DNA of 30,641 nucleotides from positions 1 to 30,641 of the IMG/VR virus record IMGVR_UViG_3300023105_001878. One strand, given 5' to 3'. This document shows positions 8,190 to 15,696 of this stretch, in pieces. Positions within the stretch are counted from its first letter, which is position 1. Each line of letters starts with the position of its first letter. The translations under genes and the position numbers were made by a program. Source of the stretch: a virus. Taxonomy: Duplodnaviria > Caudoviricetes. The notes under the pieces are model-generated. The model was not told where the DNA came from, made no database searches, and saw only the letters and a list, made by a program, of their open reading frames with translations.

Positions 8190-8983
8190 TTTCTAATTTG
8201 AATTTTTTCTATATCTTCAGGATCTGCATCTGCAAAAAATCTTAAATATGTATATACACCATTTATGTTTTTTACAGTAGGCGATGTTGAACCGTCAAAT
8301 GCTATTGTAGAAACATCTACCCAATTAGTGCCATTAGTAATTTGATTTTCTAGAGTAGCTTGAATTTTAATGTTACCGGCGTAAGTGCTAGTATAAAATG
8401 CAATAGTATGCAGCGCATCATTATTGTTTGATTCAGGTTTTGCATATATAGATTCAGTAACCCATTCAGTTGTGCTGTCATACAATGGTGCAATTTCTGT
8501 CCAATTACTAGTCTCAGTTGTAGCTTGAGGGTCGGGATAAATGCTATCAGATAAATGTATAGTATTTGTGCCGTCAAAGTATGAATTAACATAAGTCAAA
8601 ACATTTTCATTAGATGTATTTTTAAAATAAATGCTATATGTTAAAAATTGATCATCAAGATCTTGAATATCAGCCTGCTCTAAGGCAACTTCAAATAAAC
8701 CTTTGTTTTTAAAAACTGTGCTATCTGATGTTTGTAACGAAGTGCCTATTTTTTCTATTACTGTGCTTTTGTTTTCATCATACGCTACAAAGTAAGGCGT
8801 AAGTGCACTTATATCTTGCGGTTTTTGATCAGCATTTAGTAATCTAAATTGTAATTTATTGTCTATACCTTTATATACTTTTAATTGTTTTTGATACACT
8901 GCTCTATACTCCGTGACGAAGCCAGATTCATTCATAATAATGTCTGTTCGGTTGTTTAATAAATATACTGGCGTGTTTTGCAT
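8186..8983 (-). CDS. Hypothetical beta-rich protein, possibly a virion structural protein, 265 aa
   Basis: Clean ORF rich in T/N/S/Y; TAAATA 4 nt before the ATG. No catalytic motif recognised. Confidence 0.55.
   Translation of the reverse strand: MQNTPVYLLNNRTDIIMNESGFVTEYRAVYQKQLKVYKGIDNKLQFRLLNADQKPQDISALTPYFVAYDENKSTVIEKIGTSLQTSDSTVFKNKGLFEVALEQADIQDLDDQFLTYSIYFKNTSNENVLTYVNSYFDGTNTIHLSDSIYPDPQATTETSNWTEIAPLYDSTTEWVTESIYAKPESNNNDALHTIAFYTSTYAGNIKIQATLENQITNGTNWVDVSTIAFDGSTSPTVKNINGVYTYLRFFADADPEDIEKIQIRN
8960..8965 (+). promoter_or_regulatory. TAAATA motif that could drive the plus-strand gene at 9001
   Basis: AATAAATA 35 nt upstream of ATG 9001, inside the 5' end of the divergent gene. 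Confidence 0.45.
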
Positions 8984-8987
8984 ACTA

Positions 8988-8993
8988 TATTTA
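8988..8993 (-). promoter_or_regulatory. TAAATA late-promoter-like motif, TAAATA-N4-ATG
   Basis: Minus strand AATAAATA-TAGT-ATG; no room for an SD. Confidence 0.65.
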
Positions 8994-9000
8994 TTTGTTT

Positions 9001-9372
9001 ATGTTATTAAAAAATATTGAAAAAGATTTTCCATTTATCAGTGTAGTTACATACGGTGGTAATGAATATGTAGGAATAATATCCAATCAAGATGCTGTTG
9101 TCACAAACATGTATGTCTTTACATTGTTACGATCTGATGACGAGAAGCATAGATTTTTAGAACTGGGGAATGCCTGGTGGTGGGAATCTAACAGACTTAT
9201 ACCAATAAATATTTTTTTGCGGAATGAAATAAAAGAATTTAGTTATTGCCAATTATCTATGAACACCAAAGACGTGAAGATTACTTTCGGTCCGTGTGTG
9301 AATTTAACAAATTTAAGTGTTAAGAGAATAAAAAGAAAAAGTGTCCAACTAATTCGTAAAGCTAAAAACTAA
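9001..9372 (+). CDS. Hypothetical phage protein, 123 aa
   Basis: Only ORF filling the gap; FPFISV…EYVGII…WWWESNR.IPINIFL; ATG 9001 preferred to TTG 8995. Confidence 0.75.
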   Translation: MLLKNIEKDFPFISVVTYGGNEYVGIISNQDAVVTNMYVFTLLRSDDEKHRFLELGNAWWWESNRLIPINIFLRNEIKEFSYCQLSMNTKDVKITFGPCVNLTNLSVKRIKRKSVQLIRKAKN

Positions 9373-9938
9373 GTATATCCGTAAGAAATTTTTTCACAAA
9401 TTAAATTCATATGTACAATCACAGCAAATGCATACGAAAAAGAATGACTCTTTTTAAAGAAATATTCATCACCGTCTGGTTGTACCCAAACTTCACGTAA
9501 AATTGTATCCCAATCAGAATTTAAAAGATACCGTTTAGCAGGTCGTATGATTGCAAGTGTAGCTGCTAGTTGCTCTACGTTACGTGGTTTCAATTTTTGT
9601 AAAATTTCACTATGTCCGTTAAGATGAAACACTAAATCACTAAAGTCTTTTTGCCACAACAGATCCCATAACGGTTCTTTGCTAACTAGATAATCTAATT
9701 GATCTTCGCTTTGAATATCTTTGTATATGCTTACGTTAAGAAAATCTAATTTAAAATATCCTCGATCATCTGCGTCTTTGTAGTTTAGTGTAGAGCAGTT
9801 GTCTATAGGATTGTGCGGAATTTCTGTCGGATATATTCCAGTGTTATGCTTTTTTCCGTTAGAAAGCATTGCAACTCTGTGCTGTAGTTTTTCTAGTATA
9901 ATAGATCTGTCAGCAAAGTCAATGTCAACGTCGGGCAT
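9369..9938 (-). CDS. Miniature DnaE-like catalytic module (189 aa), probably the C-terminal half of a split family C polymerase
   Basis: Begins MPDVDIDF; then KHNTG, GYFKLDFL, VFHL, KP…LAIIRP, YFFKKSHSFSYA. All three catalytic Asp are present; there is no RGS motif, PHP domain or OB fold. Confidence 0.85.
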   Translation of the reverse strand: MPDVDIDFADRSIILEKLQHRVAMLSNGKKHNTGIYPTEIPHNPIDNCSTLNYKDADDRGYFKLDFLNVSIYKDIQSEDQLDYLVSKEPLWDLLWQKDFSDLVFHLNGHSEILQKLKPRNVEQLAATLAIIRPAKRYLLNSDWDTILREVWVQPDGDEYFFKKSHSFSYAFAVIVHMNLICEKISYGYT

Positions 9939-10416
9939 TTTTCTTTGCTTTCTTTTCAGCTAAGTTCCATTTTAATTTAGATACTCTATCTTTAAATGTT
10001 ATGCCGTTTAAATGATCAAGTTCATGTAAAAATAATCTTGCACTGTAATCAGAAGTTACTGTTCGATTCAACTCTAGATTTTCGTCATAGTATTCAACAA
10101 GAATATCTCTTGGGCGCTGTACTTGAATGTTTATACCAGGAAAGCTTAAACAACCTTCGATATCAAGACTTTTTGTTTCTGTATATTGTAACACTTTAGG
10201 ATTAATGCACATAACTGCATCTTCTCTAGTATTTCCCATAACAAAAAGTCTGTAATCTAGCCCTACTTGATTTGCGCTTAAACCAATGCCTATATTAGAT
10301 AACATTATGTCTAACATTTGTTCTTTAATATCTTTAGTGTCAAAAGTTATATTTTCTATATCAACTTCGTCTAAAGTTTTAGATAAAAATTCGTTAGGAT
10401 AATACAATAAATTCAT
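9925..10416 (-). CDS. def: Peptide deformylase, 163 aa
   Basis: GIGLSANQVG, EGCLS and HELDH: all three PDF motifs. Confidence 0.97.
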   Translation of the reverse strand: MNLLYYPNEFLSKTLDEVDIENITFDTKDIKEQMLDIMLSNIGIGLSANQVGLDYRLFVMGNTREDAVMCINPKVLQYTETKSLDIEGCLSFPGINIQVQRPRDILVEYYDENLELNRTVTSDYSARLFLHELDHLNGITFKDRVSKLKWNLAEKKAKKNARR

Positions 10417-11117
10417 AATTTACTTTCTTTAACAACTTGTTTTACTAGCTCAACATCTGCAGGCTTACTTTTAAATTTCCTACTCCAGTGTTTTGGATCA
10501 ATAACATTTACAAGCATATTCAATTGTTCATCTGAAAATTTACCTAGCATATTTTTTCCTGTAGTGCAGTTAAGCACTAACCATGGAGAAATTTTTCCGT
10601 CTTTTAGATGCCATACTGCTCTGTTAGGATTAACATATTTAAAGTAATGATTCCAAGGCGATGGTGAGTTATCTTTACTCCATTCTATCATTGTATTAAT
10701 CGATCTTTCTAATGCAGTTTGTACATCTTCTTTTAAAATTAGATCTAGCACATAAGCTTCATATAAATCATCTTTACACCAATGATCTAGTTTAATGCCA
10801 CTTGTTACAACGTGATCGATATATCTTTCTGTGTATAAAGGTTGTACATTATTTAAATAACTTCCAAATTTTACAAAAGCATTATAGTATGGTGACTTGC
10901 AAAAGTCGTCGTATGTCTTTTCTTTTTTACTTCCTGCACTTAGCTTATAAAATCTGTTAAACGCCCATAAACCTAACAATGCAGGCTTTGTGTCTTTTTG
11001 TAACCAACGCCTTTTTGGCTCACACATATGAGCTGCTAGTGTTTTTTCTCTAGCATAACTTTTTTTGCAGTATTCACAAGTATATGACTTTTCAGAGTCC
11101 TTTAGTGTCGACGCCAT
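10413..11117 (-). CDS. Protein with an N-terminal C2H2/C2HC-like zinc finger, about 234 aa
   Basis: YTCEYCKKSYAREKTLAAHMC; start moved to ATG 11117 to reduce the overlap with the upstream gene. Confidence 0.7.
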   Translation of the reverse strand: MASTLKDSEKSYTCEYCKKSYAREKTLAAHMCEPKRRWLQKDTKPALLGLWAFNRFYKLSAGSKKEKTYDDFCKSPYYNAFVKFGSYLNNVQPLYTERYIDHVVTSGIKLDHWCKDDLYEAYVLDLILKEDVQTALERSINTMIEWSKDNSPSPWNHYFKYVNPNRAVWHLKDGKISPWLVLNCTTGKNMLGKFSDEQLNMLVNVIDPKHWSRKFKSKPADVELVKQVVKESKL

Positions 11118-11559
11118 GGTCTTCAGCCAGTTGTTTGATTTGTTTTTTTGTAAGTGTTCCAGCAAGAAGTTCTACCTCGTCCATCTTCATATTTGGATAA
11201 ATGCCTGCAAGCATGTTTACTATTTTAGAGTTTGCGCCTTTTTTCTTCTTAAGGCCAATCCAAGGATGAAACTCTTTTTTTCCTGTCTTGCCTGCAACAC
11301 ACAGTAATTGCCATTGCAACTTAGGATGTTTTGCACCTATCTCTGCCCAATGTTTATTATAGTATTCGTTTACTTTAAATACTGCTAATTCTTGTTTCTC
11401 TCTGTTACCCTTAACACTACTTATGTATCTATTTAGATTCCATAAATCTAGTTTTATATCTTTTTTGCCGTCGTCGCTAGCAGCATCGTATAGTTCTTTT
11501 ATTCCCATATCAATAGCAGGAATAAGTTCTTTAAATAAATCTAATTCTTTATTTGGCAT
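11092..11559 (-). CDS. Probable sliding-clamp loader small subunit (T4 gp62-like), 155 aa
   Basis: Size and pattern LNRYISS…N…LQWQLL…FHPWI..KK…Y resemble gp62; lies in a replication operon. The similarity is remote and judged by eye. Confidence 0.5.
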   Translation of the reverse strand: MPNKELDLFKELIPAIDMGIKELYDAASDDGKKDIKLDLWNLNRYISSVKGNREKQELAVFKVNEYYNKHWAEIGAKHPKLQWQLLCVAGKTGKKEFHPWIGLKKKKGANSKIVNMLAGIYPNMKMDEVELLAGTLTKKQIKQLAEDHGVDTKGL

Positions 11560-12748
11560 TAATTAATTCTTCTAGTATCGCTAAACAAGCAGTAGATTGG
11601 TTTGCTGCTCCCTCAGTAATAGCTATTTTAACACATCGTCTAGTAAAGTCAAGCGGAAAGCGAACACCTTTTTTGTCCATACCAGTGTTTACCAAATACA
11701 CATTGCATTTGTGTTCGTCTATCTTTTTCATTAGTAAATCACTATATTCACTTACTGCTCTTGGCATAAATGGCGAGCCATAGCAAGGCGAAAATAAAGG
11801 CTTAATCTCGTCAGTGCCTGCTTCGGTGCCTGGCATTTGACTAGTGTACCCTGTTTCAAAGAAACGCTTTACTGTGTCTCCGGTAATTTTGCTTATTGAG
11901 GGAAATACACCTTTTGCATCCATTGTTAAGAAAAAGATGTTTTTAGGGTGATTAAATTCGCGATCTTGATGATATGCATTTTCAACACAATGCAACGGAT
12001 AGCTTAATCTAGCATTCGGCACTCCGGGATTTTCGATCACAAGTGTATTATGATCTTTTGCCTTTTCAACTGCATTGAATATAGTTTCGTGTGTATCAGG
12101 TGTAAGCCCCTCGCTTTTTGCATAGCAACCAGTTTCGATCATTTCAATGCCCTTGTTATGCCATGCAATCTCATCATCACCTATGAGCATGAAATCAGGG
12201 TCACTACTTAACGTAGTTTTTCCTGTACCAGATAATCCAAACATAAGATTTGTAGTGCCAGCAAATGTAAATGCACTACAATGCATAGGTAAAATATTCT
12301 TTTTTGGTAGTAAGAAACTTACAACTCCAAATACAGACTTTTTAATTTCACCCATAAATGTTGTGCCAGCAATTAAAATATCACAACTATCTAAGTTAAT
12401 ATAGATCTTTGGTTCTTCAATATTTAACGAAGTGCTATGACAAATAGTCCAATCCCAAGACTCTTCGTCTGCCCAATCTTCGTCGGTGAACATATTTCTT
12501 ACAAACTGGGCATGCCGATAATCGTTAGTTATAAATCTAAAACGTATTCCGCAAGTAGTAAAATAGATAATATGATCTAAATCTTCGCAACTTGTAATTT
12601 GATCAAAGAACTTTTCAAAGTCTTCATCTTTACCGATTTTATTATATTTAGGACGAGTTAAATCTAGCTCGCTTGTAAGTTCGCCGAAATAGTATTTGTT
12701 ATCGGGACTTCTTCCAGTAGGTACTGTACTAATTTCTACATTTGGCAT
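11549..12748 (-). CDS. pckA: ATP-dependent phosphoenolpyruvate carboxykinase, unusually short (399 aa)
   Basis: TGRSP, GEIKK, MHCSA, FGLSGTGKTTLS, LIGDDE, GCYAK, NARLSYP, HPKNIFFLTMDA, GTE, FSPCYGSPFMP, VYLVNTG. Confidence 0.95.
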   Translation of the reverse strand: MPNVEISTVPTGRSPDNKYYFGELTSELDLTRPKYNKIGKDEDFEKFFDQITSCEDLDHIIYFTTCGIRFRFITNDYRHAQFVRNMFTDEDWADEESWDWTICHSTSLNIEEPKIYINLDSCDILIAGTTFMGEIKKSVFGVVSFLLPKKNILPMHCSAFTFAGTTNLMFGLSGTGKTTLSSDPDFMLIGDDEIAWHNKGIEMIETGCYAKSEGLTPDTHETIFNAVEKAKDHNTLVIENPGVPNARLSYPLHCVENAYHQDREFNHPKNIFFLTMDAKGVFPSISKITGDTVKRFFETGYTSQMPGTEAGTDEIKPLFSPCYGSPFMPRAVSEYSDLLMKKIDEHKCNVYLVNTGMDKKGVRFPLDFTRRCVKIAITEGAANQSTACLAILEELINAK

Positions 12749-13445
12749 TATGCTTGCGCCATTCCTCTAAATCTGTTGGTGTATTTATTTCCATACCATT
12801 GAAGTCTACCTTCTGTATATTAATATTAACACCGTTTTGAAGAAAACGCAACTGTTCTAATTTCTCTATTTTTTCTTCTTCAGACTGGGGCATAGACTTA
12901 TAGCTAACCAGTGTGCGCCAATTGTAACCATATACACCGAGATGATGATCACCGTACTCTAAACTTGCTCTACAAAACCAGTGCGCATGTGTGCCGTTGT
13001 GAATCATCTTAACTGAGTTAGGATCTGTGCGCAGCTCAGGAGCCATATCAGTGTATGCTGTTACTACCTTATGCCCTTCGTCTAACCCTTGCTTAATAGC
13101 AAGGATTATATCTTCAGTAATGTCAGGCATGTCGCCTTGAACATTAATATAACTTTTATATATTCCCGAAGCTCGTCTAAAAAAGCCTTTGCCCGATACT
13201 GCTTCAACGCCGTGTGCGCAACGTTCAGTGCCGTTATCAGCGTAAGGTGTAATGAATACATGCTCAGCTGGTATTTCTTCTTTTATTTGGGCACTGTCGG
13301 TTAACACATAGGTATCTAATCCAGTAGCTACGCATTTGTCGTACACTGTACGAATAAGACTTTTGCCGTTGAGGTCAGCAAGCATCTTTTTTGGAAATCT
13401 AGTGCTTGCTAATCTAGCTGGTATAAAAATAGCAGTGTTATTCAC
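12729..13445 (-). CDS. kdsB: 3-deoxy-manno-octulosonate cytidylyltransferase (CMP-Kdo synthetase), about 238 aa
   Basis: IPARLASTRFPKK, NGTER, INVQGDMP, HLGVYGY, EKLEQLRFL, INTPTDL; GTG start at 13445 overlaps the kdsA stop. Confidence 0.95.
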   Translation of the reverse strand: MNNTAIFIPARLASTRFPKKMLADLNGKSLIRTVYDKCVATGLDTYVLTDSAQIKEEIPAEHVFITPYADNGTERCAHGVEAVSGKGFFRRASGIYKSYINVQGDMPDITEDIILAIKQGLDEGHKVVTAYTDMAPELRTDPNSVKMIHNGTHAHWFCRASLEYGDHHLGVYGYNWRTLVSYKSMPQSEEEKIEKLEQLRFLQNGVNINIQKVDFNGMEINTPTDLEEWRKHNAKCRN

Positions 13446-14214
13446 GATAGCTATCCTTAATGTCCTTAATAACTGTTTCAAAGTTATCAAGACGTATCAT
13501 ATTAGGACCATCACTAGGTGCATTATCAGGGTCATCATGGACTTCTAGGAAAAAGTTGTCCACGCCCATAGCAGCAGCGCCGCGGGAAAGTGGAGCAACA
13601 AAATTCCTGTTACCACCCGAGCTTGAGCCTTTACCACCTGGTTTCTGTACTGAGTGGGTAACATCAAATACAATAGGATTGTTGTAGTGCTCAAGCATGT
13701 AAAGTATACCAGTGAAATCAACCACCAAAGTGTTATATCCAAAACTTGTTCCTCTTTCAGTTATCCATACTTCGTTAGCACTTTTGGTTTTTGATAATAT
13801 ACCTTCAACATCCCATGGTGCTAAGAATTGTCCTTTTTTAATGTTAACAATTTTTCCTGAATTACAAGCGGTTGTAATTAAGTCTGTTTGCCTACATAAA
13901 AACGCAGGAATTTGAATTACATCTATAGCATTATACCATTCGTCGACACCTCGCCATGCATGAATTTCAAACACACTATGAAAGTCAGTAAGAATCTTAA
14001 CATCAAGATTTTCTTTTATTTGTACAAAGTCGTCCATAGTGCGTTGCATGCCACGACCACGCTTACCGTTAGCACTTGTCCTGTTTGCTTTATCAAAGCT
14101 AGCTTTGAAATAATAGTCAATGCCTAGATCGTCGCACACTGACTTACAGTGTTTGGCAATCATTGTGCTATGTTCAAGGCTTTCGTGTTGACACGGTCCT
14201 GCTATAATTTTCAT
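13438..14214 (-). CDS. kdsA: Kdo-8-phosphate synthase (metal-dependent type), 258 aa
   Basis: IAGPC, FKASFDKANRTS, QIPAFLCRQTDL, NIKKGQF, ERGTSFGY, FDVTHSVQ, EVH…SDG. Confidence 0.97.
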   Translation of the reverse strand: MKIIAGPCQHESLEHSTMIAKHCKSVCDDLGIDYYFKASFDKANRTSANGKRGRGMQRTMDDFVQIKENLDVKILTDFHSVFEIHAWRGVDEWYNAIDVIQIPAFLCRQTDLITTACNSGKIVNIKKGQFLAPWDVEGILSKTKSANEVWITERGTSFGYNTLVVDFTGILYMLEHYNNPIVFDVTHSVQKPGGKGSSSGGNRNFVAPLSRGAAAMGVDNFFLEVHDDPDNAPSDGPNMIRLDNFETVIKDIKDSYRE

Positions 14215-14474
14215 TGATTATCCTTTATAAGGAAATATAAATCTAAAAGTTTAGACATTTGTTTTTTAAGTGCTGGATGTTCTTTTGCTAACTTATTCAT
14301 AGTTTCAAAATCATTCCAAGACAAAAACGATCCTTTTGCTTTAGCAACAGCATCGGCATCCCCACCTATAATCCAACGAGGTTGATGATTATAAGGGGGA
14401 TCTCGATATCGTGCATATACTACACCGTCAACTCGCTCATAAATTAAAGCTTGTCCGGTAATGTAGTCAACCAT
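14211..14474 (-). CDS. Hypothetical phage protein, 87 aa
   Basis: ORF overlaps both neighbours in the operon; LIYERVDGVVYAR; function not recognised. Confidence 0.7.
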   Translation of the reverse strand: MVDYITGQALIYERVDGVVYARYRDPPYNHQPRWIIGGDADAVAKAKGSFLSWNDFETMNKLAKEHPALKKQMSKLLDLYFLIKDNQ

Positions 14475-14805
14475 TTATCTTTTTTTCAAGTTCAGCAATT
14501 ATAGCTGCTTTACTTGCTGATGCAGCTACTTTAATTTTTTGCTTCTTTGCTTCAGCAACAAGATCTGCTTTTTTCATCGAAGCAAAATCAGTAGCTTTTG
14601 ATTTTACATCAGCTACTTTTGCTTTTACTGCTGTTTTCTTAGCAGCTACTTTTGACTTTACTTCTGACATTGTGCCACTTACTTCTTCTTTTACAGTAGC
14701 TTTTACATCAGAAATTTTTTCTTTAACAGCAGCACGTTTTTCTGCAACTTTTGCTTTTACTGCTTGACGATTGATACCTAAAATATCATATAACCATTGT
14801 AACAT
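14467..14805 (-). CDS. Lys/Ala-rich protein with five 11-residue repeats and a C-terminal Rho-N/HeH-like motif, 112 aa
   Basis: VKAKVAEKRAA/VKEKISDVKAT/VKEEVSGTMSE/VKSKVAAKKTA/VKAKVADVKSK, then MKKADLVAEAKKQKIK…SKAAIIAEL. Confidence 0.7.
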   Translation of the reverse strand: MLQWLYDILGINRQAVKAKVAEKRAAVKEKISDVKATVKEEVSGTMSEVKSKVAAKKTAVKAKVADVKSKATDFASMKKADLVAEAKKQKIKVAASASKAAIIAELEKKING

Positions 14806-14808
14806 TTT

Positions 14809-15174
14809 TTATTCCCTTATTACGTGTGTTCCAATTGTGCGACGTACAATATCATCATGGGCAAATTCAGCCCAATAAAGTTCAAAAGCTACGCCATCTT
14901 TTAAACCTTGGAACTGATGAATCTTTCCTGGCTTGACTTGGGTAAAGTCTCCTGCCTTTAAAATTGTTTCATCAACTAAACCTTCTTGATCGTCGTCTTG
15001 CCATACTCTAACTAACATTTCGCCCGACTCGACATAGAAGCCGTTCCATTTAAACTTGTGTTCGTGTTCTGAACACTTGTATCCTGCTTTGAATTCTATA
15101 CGATGGAATTCTAATACACCGTTGGCATGTATTAATTCGGTATTACCCCAAATCTTTCCAGCTTTTATTCCCAT
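14809..15174 (-). CDS. Cupin (RmlC-like) protein, sugar isomerase-like, 121 aa
   Basis: KIWG, CSEHEH…FYVESG, LKAGDFTQVKPGKIHQF; AAGGA SD. Confidence 0.85.
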   Translation of the reverse strand: MGIKAGKIWGNTELIHANGVLEFHRIEFKAGYKCSEHEHKFKWNGFYVESGEMLVRVWQDDDQEGLVDETILKAGDFTQVKPGKIHQFQGLKDGVAFELYWAEFAHDDIVRRTIGTHVIRE

Positions 15175-15185
15175 GTATTTTTCCT

Positions 15186-15695
15186 TTATAGCAAATTGTG
15201 TAACTGTAAGGTTTCACTTTGTCTGTTTATTTCCCTAATAAAATATGCACACCTTGGTTCGTCTGTTTTTTCAATCGGAATTGTTAAGAGCTGAGCATTT
15301 TTTGTTTTAGGAAAATACCATTTTACATCATTATATATGTTTGTAATTGTTACATTAAGAAATTTGTGAGTATAACTGGATAACGGATTAAAAATAAACG
15401 CTTCGAAGCCCCTATCATTAATACTTGTCAGCGGTAATATTTCTAAGTCATTGCCTGCCATCGGATCACCAACTAATATATTCCAGTCCAAAGGCATAAT
15501 GAATTTATTACCGTCTATTTCAAGTTCCATTGCAGGAGAATTAAAAGACTCAACAAATATCAATGGCAAGAAAAAGAAATCTGGCTCTGCTGTGTTTGAA
15601 TTATCTAATATACTAAATCGTATATCGTCTTCGATTTCGTCATTAGGTAATTGATTCAAACTAAAATATTTGTTATCTAATGTTAGTATTTGCAC
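15186..15695 (-). CDS. Hypothetical phage protein downstream of uvsW, 169 aa (GTG start)
   Basis: Clean ORF starting immediately after the uvsW stop; beta-rich. Confidence 0.75.
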   Translation of the reverse strand: MQILTLDNKYFSLNQLPNDEIEDDIRFSILDNSNTAEPDFFFLPLIFVESFNSPAMELEIDGNKFIMPLDWNILVGDPMAGNDLEILPLTSINDRGFEAFIFNPLSSYTHKFLNVTITNIYNDVKWYFPKTKNAQLLTIPIEKTDEPRCAYFIREINRQSETLQLHNLL

Positions 15696-15696
15696 G

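Noticed and set aside
3722-9938. Idea that the two dnaE ORFs are halves of one split or trans-spliced gene
   Set aside because: Both contain the same catalytic motifs (PDVDIDF and KxD), so they overlap in domain content; neither has intein-like ends.
9369-9938. Mini-dnaE as a pseudogene
   Set aside because: There are no frameshifts or stops, the key motifs are selectively retained, and the start overlaps def, suggesting translational coupling. Not formally excluded.
12782-12787. TAAATA near the kdsB 3' end, upstream of pckA
   Set aside because: It is explained by the codons of the conserved INT motif of KdsB; there is no independent support as a promoter.
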